A stretch of DNA of 25,440 bases, taken from positions 1,811 through 27,250 of the forward strand of contig CAYGOG010000001.1 in the NCBI GenBank assembly GCA_964351415.1, written 5' to 3'. Position 1 is the stretch's first letter. Each line of letters starts with the position of its first letter. Below are positions 8,225-14,311 of the stretch, one piece after another. The stretch is from an uncultured bacterium (GTDB lineage: Bacteria; Chlamydiota; Chlamydiia; Chlamydiales; SM23-39). The notes beneath the pieces are model-generated. The model worked only from the letters and a program-made list of their open reading frames with translations, was not told the DNA's origin and ran no database searches. A program made the position numbers and the translations under genes.

Positions 8225-9349
8225 ATGTCGAATCGCAAACTGATTATTTCTACCGGCCTCGCCATGTTCTCCATGTTCTTTGGCTCGGGCAACCTCGTCT
8301 TCCCCCTCGTCGTCGGACAACTCTCCCAAGGCCACTACCTCCTTGCCACCCTCGGCTTCTTCGCCACCGCCGTCCTCGTCCCCTTCCTCGGCATCCTCGG
8401 GATGCTCCTCTTTAAGGGCGACACCCACAGCTTTCTCTCTCGCCTCGGCCGTTACGCCCCTTTCTGGTTTTCCCTCATTGCCCTTTCTCTCATGGGGCCA
8501 TTTGGCGTCCTCGCCCGGTGCATCACCGTCGCGCACGGCTCCTTTACCCTCCTCCTCCCCTCCACACCCCTTTGGCTCTTCAGCCTTATCTCCTGCGCCC
8601 TCCTTTTCCTCCTCACCGTCCGCCAAAACCGGATCGTGCCCCTTCTCGGCACCTACCTGACCCCCATCCTTCTCTTAGCTCTCGGCGCAATTGCCCTCAT
8701 CGGCCTCACCTCCCATCCCCTTCCGCTCGCCATCCCCGGCACTTCGCTGTCCATTTTAACCGATTCCCTCCTCAAGGGGTATCAGACGATGGATCTCCTC
8801 GCGGCCTTCTTTTTCTCCACATTTGTCATCCGCCACCTAGAGCAAGACGATCCGCGCGCCTCTCTGTCCATCTTTTTCCGCGCCTCGCTCCTCGGCGCCG
8901 GCCTCCTCTCCCTGATCTATTTCGTTTTGATCCTCGCCGGCTCCATGTACGCCCCTGAACTCGCCTCCATTCCGCCTCAAGAAATGTTTGGCCATGTCGC
9001 GCAGCTGGCGCTGGGGCCTCTGGCGGCTCCCCTTGTCGCAACGGCCGTCATCCTCGCGTGCGTCACCACAGCGGTCGTCCTCGCCACCCTCTTTGCCGAG
9101 TTCGTCCAAGCGCACATCGTGCCTCTCTCGCGACCCCTCTCCCTCCTCCTCACCCTCGCAATCGCCTTTTCCACCTCCATCCTGGGCTTCTCCCGAATCG
9201 CGCAATACCTAGGATTTTTCCTAGAAATGACCTACCCCGCCCTGATCCTCCTTACCCTCCTCAATATCTTCCACCGCCTCTACGGCTGGAAAATGGTGAG
9301 GATTCCAACTGCGGTGGCTGTGTTAGCGAAAGTCTTTGCCTCTATTTAA
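8225..9349 (+). CDS. brnQ: Branched-chain amino acid transporter, BrnQ/LIVCS family (copy 1)
   Basis: GLAMFSMFFGSGNLVFP, LGTYLTP, KGYQTMDLLAAFFF, LACVTTAVVL and YPALI are BrnQ motifs. Confidence 0.92.
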   Translation: MSNRKLIISTGLAMFSMFFGSGNLVFPLVVGQLSQGHYLLATLGFFATAVLVPFLGILGMLLFKGDTHSFLSRLGRYAPFWFSLIALSLMGPFGVLARCITVAHGSFTLLLPSTPLWLFSLISCALLFLLTVRQNRIVPLLGTYLTPILLLALGAIALIGLTSHPLPLAIPGTSLSILTDSLLKGYQTMDLLAAFFFSTFVIRHLEQDDPRASLSIFFRASLLGAGLLSLIYFVLILAGSMYAPELASIPPQEMFGHVAQLALGPLAAPLVATAVILACVTTAVVLATLFAEFVQAHIVPLSRPLSLLLTLAIAFSTSILGFSRIAQYLGFFLEMTYPALILLTLLNIFHRLYGWKMVRIPTAVAVLAKVFASI

Positions 9350-9405
9350 AAGATAAGAAAGAAGGGTTTCCCCTAGGCAGTCGGGGACTGCGTCCCCCGC
9401 CGCCC

Positions 9406-9649
9406 CCACAAGCGGTTCACCCAGTTGCTGCGACTCAATGTAAAGCGGCTTTACAACAGATTACGCAAACACCGCGTTCAGAATTCGTTGCCACGGAGGG
9501 GCAGCGGGAGCGAAGCCCCGACTGTGCCTCCACAAGCGGTTCACCCAGTTGCTGCGACTTAATGTAAAGCCGGCTTTACAAGAAATTCTGTAAATATAGC
9601 ATTCGGAATTCGTTGCCATGGAGGGGCAGCGGGGGCGAAGCCCCGACTG
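9406..9649 (+). repeat. Two tandem ~120-bp direct repeat units (9406-9524 and 9530-9649)
   Basis: Both run CCACAAGCGGTTCACCCAGTTGCTGCGACT...TGTAAAGC(C)GGCTTTACAA-[24 nt variable]-GAATTCGTTGCCAYGGAGGGGCAGCGGGRGCGAAGCCCCGACTG. Confidence 0.95.
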
Positions 9650-9705
9650 CGAGCACTGCGCAGTGAAAGAGGGACGCGAAGCGGCCCTCTCACGGAGCAG
9701 CCGAC

Positions 9706-9805
9706 GGGTTTTTCTGACAAAGCAAAATCGATCCGCACAAGGGGGGTGCTGTGTTCCACACAGCCCCTCCGCAGAAGGGTCGATTTGGCACAGTCAGAAA
9801 AAGCC
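9706..9805. repeat. 100-nt imperfect inverted repeat (long hairpin)
   Basis: GGGTTTTTCTGAC/GTCAGAAAAAGCC, AAATCGATCC/GGGTCGATTT, GGGGGG/CCCTCC, and GCTGTGT-TCC-ACACAGC at the apex. Confidence 0.9.
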
Positions 9806-9879
9806 TTTGCAGGGGCAGCTGGGGGTGCAACCCCCGACTGCCTAGGGGAACCCTTTCTCTCTCTTATTTGTTTTCTTGT

Positions 9880-11055
9880 TTAACCAACAATTAAACCGAT
9901 TGCTGAGAGTCCCAGTACAATCCAAAAGGGTACCTTCACGGCCGTTGTGCCGTAGAGCTTGTGGGCAATATTGGCCAGGCAAAGGATGATGAGGGCTGGA
10001 TAGACCGCCTCAAGGATGGGGCTTGCCAGACGCATAATCCCGCTAAAACCCAAGTTTGCCAGGATCGCCATGGTCGAAATCGTGAGGATCTGCGCTGTCA
10101 AGGGGGACACGCGGCTGCCCAAAAGCTCGGTGCGGATCATGTCCGAACAGATGAGCGCCAAAGAAATTGCCGTTGTAAAGCACGCAAAAAACACCGCACC
10201 GCTGGCCACTAGAGCTCCCCAAGGGCCTAAGACCCGATCTGCCAAAGCATGGAGCAATTCTTGAGGCGCGAGATTGGCTGACAGAGATGGGCCATGGTGC
10301 GCTGCGAGATAGGTCAGGCCAATATAGGTCGCCATCAAGAGCGCGGAGGCAATGAAGCTCGCCCCAATCATCCGCGTCCGGGCCATCTCAGCGCTTGTCA
10401 CCCCCTGCGATAGGTGAGGCATGATTACGGTCGCAAATAAGAGCGATGCAATGAGATCGGTTGTCTGATAGCCCCCTTTTAAACCCGCGAGAAAACTCTC
10501 CATCGTCGTCACACCGGTATAGGCAGCAGAGGGCGCTGTGTACCACCCAAAGAAGATGAGCAGAAGCAGGGTGAAGAGGAGAATGGGCGTGAGGACCATC
10601 CCCAGAAGATCGATGATGCGGGTGCGCCAATGGACAAAGGCGAGCACAACGGCGCAAATGAGAACGCTGAATAGCGGCAAGCTAAATTGAGGGAAAAATT
10701 GGGTAAAGCTGACGTGCATCAGCGTCACAAGGCGCGGCATGCTGGCAACAGGACCTTGTGTCAACAGAAGGACAAAGAGCAGGGCAAATGCGGGCCAACG
10801 ACCCAAGCGACCCAGAAAAGCGCGCAAATCGGCGCCGTACATCATCATCGCGATTAGGCCCAGAAGGGGAAACAAAACAGCCGATACGCCCAACCCCACA
10901 ATGGCCGCGGAAGACTCGGTTCCGACCATCTTTCCCACAATGAGAGGGAAAATCAAGTTTCCCGCGCCAAAATACATGGAAAAGAGGGCAAGGCCCGTGG
11001 AAATTACGCCAGACCAAGGAGAAATGACGTCTTGCGTTTTGATTGTGGTCGACAT
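9880..11055 (-). CDS. brnQ: Branched-chain amino acid transporter, BrnQ/LIVCS family (copy 2)
   Basis: GLALFSMYFGAGNLIFP, LGMVLTP, GGYQTTDLIASLLF, FACFTTAISL and YPALI motifs. Confidence 0.92.
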   Translation of the reverse strand: MSTTIKTQDVISPWSGVISTGLALFSMYFGAGNLIFPLIVGKMVGTESSAAIVGLGVSAVLFPLLGLIAMMMYGADLRAFLGRLGRWPAFALLFVLLLTQGPVASMPRLVTLMHVSFTQFFPQFSLPLFSVLICAVVLAFVHWRTRIIDLLGMVLTPILLFTLLLLIFFGWYTAPSAAYTGVTTMESFLAGLKGGYQTTDLIASLLFATVIMPHLSQGVTSAEMARTRMIGASFIASALLMATYIGLTYLAAHHGPSLSANLAPQELLHALADRVLGPWGALVASGAVFFACFTTAISLALICSDMIRTELLGSRVSPLTAQILTISTMAILANLGFSGIMRLASPILEAVYPALIILCLANIAHKLYGTTAVKVPFWIVLGLSAIGLIVG

Positions 11056-11079
11056 AACGGCTCCGTAGGAATTGAGGGG

Positions 11080-11108
11080 AGTTTAACAAAGGCGAGAATT
11101 CCAGCCAA
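11080..11108 (-). promoter_or_regulatory. Putative promoter of brnQ copy 2
   Basis: On the minus strand: TTGGCT-N17-TAAACT, 24 nt upstream of the ATG, with a GGAG SD in the leader. Confidence 0.5.
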
Positions 11109-11122
11109 GCGCTCGGTGCAAA

Positions 11123-11151
11123 TTGCAAAGAATTTTCTGTGTGTTTATAAC
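11123..11151 (+). promoter_or_regulatory. Putative promoter of the sterol reductase gene
   Basis: TTGCAA (11123-11128)-N17-TATAAC (11146-11151)-N8-ATG (11160). Confidence 0.6.
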
Positions 11152-11159
11152 AGGAAGGT

Positions 11160-12479
11160 ATGACTCAAGAAACCCTGCGCGTCCCCACCTGGATTCACCG
11201 AATCGCAATGCCACTCTTTCTCGTGGCCATATGCCCCCCCGCTGTGTTCATCTTTTGGTACACCGCAACTCACCTAGATGGCTCGTTTATCGACCTCTGG
11301 AAGCTCATGCAAATCCAAGGCATTGGCAAAACGTTTTTCGACATTTGGATCCCCGTAGCGTTCGGCTCCGCCAAGGCCTGGAAAATCATCGGCATTTTCG
11401 CCGCATTCCAACTGCTCTTAATGCGGGTTGTCCCGGGCAAGCCGTTCTTAGGCCCGATCACCCCCATGGGCAATGTCCCCCTCTACAAAGCCAATGGCCT
11501 CGCCTGCTTTGGCATCACGATGGGCACATTTTGGCTCGCCTCTCACCACTGGAACCTATTCCCCGCGACGATCCTGTATGACGAGCTCGGCCCTATCCTC
11601 GGCGCCCTCAATACATTTAGTTTGATCTTCTGCCTTTTCCTCTATGCCAAAGGGATCCTCCGCCCCTCTTCGACCGATGCCAGCTCGAGCGGCAACCCCC
11701 TCTTTGATTACTACTGGGGCACCGAGCTCTACCCGCGCGTCTGGGGCTGGGATATTAAGCAGTTCACCAACTGCCGCTTTGGGATGATGAGCTGGGGCCT
11801 TCTTCTCCTCTCGTACGCCGCCAAGCAAAAAGCCCTCTACGGCTTCGTCTCCGATGCGATGGCGGTCTCCGTAGCCCTACAACTGCTCTACGTAGCCAAG
11901 TTTTTTCTTTGGGAGACGGGCTACCTGCGCTCGCTCGACATCATGCACGACCGCGCCGGCTTCTATATCTGCTGGGGCTGCCTCGTATGGGTCCCCTCGA
12001 TCTACACCTCGCCCGGACTCTACCTCGTCCATCACCCCATTCAACTGGGCACTCCCCTTGCAGCCGCCATCTTTTTTGCAGGGGTCGCCTCCATTGCCGC
12101 CAACTACCTCGCCGACCGGCAGCGGCAAGTGGTGCGGGCGCTGCAGGGCAATTGCCGCGTCTGGGGCCGCACACCGATTCTCATTCGGGCCCCCTACAAA
12201 ACCGAAACAGGCGAACCGAAAGAAACCCTCCTCCTCGCCTCAGGTTGGTGGGGGCTCTCTCGCCACTTCCACTACCTGCCCGAAATAGGCGCCGCCTTCT
12301 TCTGGAGCTTACCCGCCCTGTTTTTCAACTTCTTGCCTTATTTTTATGTGTCGTTTCTGACGATTTTGCTCGTCGATCGAGCTTTCCGCCACGACAAGCG
12401 GTGTGAAGATAAGTATGGCCCCGCTTGGGCCGAATATTGCAGGCGGGTTCCCTACAAGTTAGTCCCGTTCCTCTACTGA
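11160..12479 (+). CDS. Sterol reductase, ERG4/ERG24 family, 7-dehydrocholesterol reductase (DHCR7/DWF5)-like
   Basis: YYWGTELYPR, KQFTNCRFGMMSW, DIMHDRAGFYICWGCLVWVP, LLASGWWGLSRHFHY and DKRCEDKYG...YCRRVPYKLVP motifs. Confidence 0.92.
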   Translation: MTQETLRVPTWIHRIAMPLFLVAICPPAVFIFWYTATHLDGSFIDLWKLMQIQGIGKTFFDIWIPVAFGSAKAWKIIGIFAAFQLLLMRVVPGKPFLGPITPMGNVPLYKANGLACFGITMGTFWLASHHWNLFPATILYDELGPILGALNTFSLIFCLFLYAKGILRPSSTDASSSGNPLFDYYWGTELYPRVWGWDIKQFTNCRFGMMSWGLLLLSYAAKQKALYGFVSDAMAVSVALQLLYVAKFFLWETGYLRSLDIMHDRAGFYICWGCLVWVPSIYTSPGLYLVHHPIQLGTPLAAAIFFAGVASIAANYLADRQRQVVRALQGNCRVWGRTPILIRAPYKTETGEPKETLLLASGWWGLSRHFHYLPEIGAAFFWSLPALFFNFLPYFYVSFLTILLVDRAFRHDKRCEDKYGPAWAEYCRRVPYKLVPFLY

Positions 12480-13469
12480 GTTATCGAGGAATTCGCCAAA
12501 GAAGTTCAGGACGAACTCGGCTGTTTCTTTGTGGAGCTTTTCCCGGTCAAAACCGGGACCTTCCCGCAAGTAGTAGGAGGGAAGCTTCACTTTGCCCCAC
12601 TCAGAAATCCGGTTCACAAACGAGTTGTGAGCGACAGGCGGCGCGAGCACCTTTAAGCGAATCGGCAAGTTGCCCTCGATCATCCGGTTCAAGTGTTCAT
12701 TCGGAGGGAGAACATCGTCCTCTTCGGGGGCGATAATGCCGATCGGCGTCCCCTGCGCTAAAATTTCTTGCGGATCGTAACCCCAGGTCGCCGGCGCAAT
12801 GAGCACGATCGCCTTGATGCGCGGATCGTAGAAGGAAACTTTTGCCTCGTCGAGATTCACCTCAGCTGCCACATCCACTTCTTTCACTTTGCCGCGCTGC
12901 GCCGCCACAATTTGCTCGAGGTGGTGGACTTCGCCGCCGGCAAGCGCCAAGCCGGTCATGCCCCCCAACGAGTACCCCACAAAGCCAATCCGCTCCCGGT
13001 CGATCCTCTCCCCCCAAACGGGGTCAGCTAAGATCGCATCCAGGGCAAATGAAACATCCCGAGGGCGCTCCCAAAATTTAAGGCTCGCAACGGGATCCAT
13101 CGTACGCCAGGTATTGCCGTGGTGTTCCACGGAGGCGACCAGGTACCCCTGCTTCACAAGCGACTCGGCAAGCCAGCTCCGATCGCGCCGATCCCCGGCA
13201 TGGCCATGGGATAGGAGGATCAGGGGACGCGGCTTATCTTGGGCAAAATAGGGGGCATTGCGCGACTCAACGGGGTGCACCCACACGCTCTCCTTGCGGT
13301 GACCGGGGGTCCACGGAGTCGTCGGATACCAGAACTCGACAGTGACGGGGCGCTCGCGGGACTCATCGCGCATCTCAAAGGTCGTCACGCCAATGGGAGG
13401 CTCAGCAGGCGCGCGAGACATCCCCAATAGGGCTGCCCCAAGCAGGAGGAAAATTAGAATTTTTCTCAT
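12459..13469 (-). CDS. Secreted alpha/beta-fold hydrolase (PAF-acetylhydrolase/dienelactone-hydrolase-like)
   Basis: Signal-like MRKILIFLLLGAALLG from ATG 13469 (my preferred start). LILLSHG, WERPRDVSFALD, nucleophile elbow GYSLGG, EEDD and AHNSF. Confidence 0.85.
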   Translation of the reverse strand: MRKILIFLLLGAALLGMSRAPAEPPIGVTTFEMRDESRERPVTVEFWYPTTPWTPGHRKESVWVHPVESRNAPYFAQDKPRPLILLSHGHAGDRRDRSWLAESLVKQGYLVASVEHHGNTWRTMDPVASLKFWERPRDVSFALDAILADPVWGERIDRERIGFVGYSLGGMTGLALAGGEVHHLEQIVAAQRGKVKEVDVAAEVNLDEAKVSFYDPRIKAIVLIAPATWGYDPQEILAQGTPIGIIAPEEDDVLPPNEHLNRMIEGNLPIRLKVLAPPVAHNSFVNRISEWGKVKLPSYYLREGPGFDREKLHKETAEFVLNFFGEFLDNSVEERD

Positions 13470-13480
13470 ACAGTGTAAGC

Positions 13481-13489
13481 AGTTTACCA
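13481..13489 (-). promoter_or_regulatory. Putative extended -10 promoter of the hydrolase gene
   Basis: On the minus strand: TGG-TAAACT, 11 nt before the ATG at 13469. Confidence 0.35.
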
Positions 13490-13517
13490 CATTTAGAGCC
13501 CCTCTCGCCACCCTTTT

Positions 13518-13565
13518 TATACCGCTATTAGCCCAAAAGGCTACTTTTCAGCTAATAGCGGTATA
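13518..13565. repeat. 48-bp palindrome in a divergent intergenic region
   Basis: Perfect 15-bp arms TATACCGCTATTAGC (13518-13532) / GCTAATAGCGGTATA (13551-13565), with an inner AAAAG-GCTA-CTTTT stem. Confidence 0.9.
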
Positions 13566-13669
13566 CTCCCCTTCTCTATTTTAAAGAAATCTCTTACATA
13601 AGCGAACTGACACAATCGGCTGAGCCCCAGCCGCTTGCATTTCAGCTGCTGCAACCGCTAAATCCTTCT

Positions 13670-13697
13670 TTAAGATTACAAAAATTTACAGTATACT
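13670..13697 (+). promoter_or_regulatory. Putative promoter of the ankyrin-like gene
   Basis: TTAAGA-N16-TATACT (13692-13697)-N9-ATG (13707) in an AT-rich context. No SD. Confidence 0.45.
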
Positions 13698-13706
13698 ATT
13701 TACATT

Positions 13707-14294
13707 ATGGATACAGGACACGCTCTTCTCGAGGCCGCCGCGGCGGGGGACATATCCCTGGTAGAGGCGCTTAAAGCTGCGCCCGCCTTCGGCGCGCTGC
13801 CTATGGAGTGGATTGGAAGCGCCTTGAGAGTGGCCGCAGAACAGGGGCAGACTGCCATTGTGGACCTCTTGCTCCGGTCGCGACGAGCGGCTCACATCGC
13901 CGGAAATTTTATTTTTACCGCTCTTTTGGGCGCCTGTGAGGCGCGCGATCCTGCCCTTCTCACATTGCTACTCGATCACGAAAAGCGGTTTCAGACGCTC
14001 GATCTCGATCAGATGGGCGAGGCGCTCTTGTATGTGGTCGAGACGGGTCAGGTTGAGACGCTCAAGCTGTTGATGGCCTTGCCCCGCTTTGCCAAAGTCG
14101 GCTCGAGTTACCTGAATCGGGCGTTGACTTTGGCGGCGAGCTGTGGCCACAAAGGGGCGATGCTCACCCTGCTAGCCTATGACTTAAGGCTCGGCAAGCT
14201 CCATCCGGCGACGCTGGATGAGGCGCGGCGCGAAGCGGCTGACGGGGGCTTTGAGGCGTGCGTACAAGTTCTACTTGAACAGAGACCTCTCTAG
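13707..14294 (+). CDS. Ankyrin-repeat-like protein
   Basis: About six ~35-aa degenerate units: ALLEAAAAGDISLVEAL, ALRVAAEQGQTAIVDLLL, ALLYVVETGQVETLKLLM, ALTLAASCGHKGAMLTLL and others. Confidence 0.75.
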   Translation: MDTGHALLEAAAAGDISLVEALKAAPAFGALPMEWIGSALRVAAEQGQTAIVDLLLRSRRAAHIAGNFIFTALLGACEARDPALLTLLLDHEKRFQTLDLDQMGEALLYVVETGQVETLKLLMALPRFAKVGSSYLNRALTLAASCGHKGAMLTLLAYDLRLGKLHPATLDEARREAADGGFEACVQVLLEQRPL

Positions 14295-14311
14295 GTCGTA
14301 ACCTAGAGGGC

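Larger units (their letters stand above)
9350..9866. mobile_element. Composite palindromic non-autonomous element (MITE/BIME-like) with terminal inverted repeats
   Basis: Perfect 19-bp TIR core TTCCCCTAGGCAGTCGGGG (9368-9386) / CCCCGACTGCCTAGGGGAA (9832-9850) inside ~55-bp imperfect arms. Internal tandem units and hairpins; no transposase. The repeat structure is certain, the mobility is inferred. Confidence 0.65.

Noticed and set aside
9406-9649. CRISPR array
   Set aside because: Only two units; the conserved part is ~95 nt; the variable 24-nt cores are still 14/24 identical to each other; no cas genes in the window.
9058-9845. ORFs of 66-169 aa crossing the palindromic element (9058-9567, 9559-9759, 9618-9845)
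   Set aside because: No recognisable domain; they overlap brnQ or merely read through GC-rich repeats; no transposase motifs.
9350-9870. tmRNA, RNase P, 6S, T-box or riboswitch between the brnQ genes
   Set aside because: It lies 3' of both genes, and I found no tRNA-like ends, T-box consensus or RNase P core. The symmetry is better explained by repeats. An Rfam scan would settle it.
13600-13660. Possible small RNA with hairpins CGGCTG-AGCCC-CAGCCG and TTGCA..TGCAA
   Set aside because: Short stems only, with no clear promoter-terminator pair and no recognisable family.
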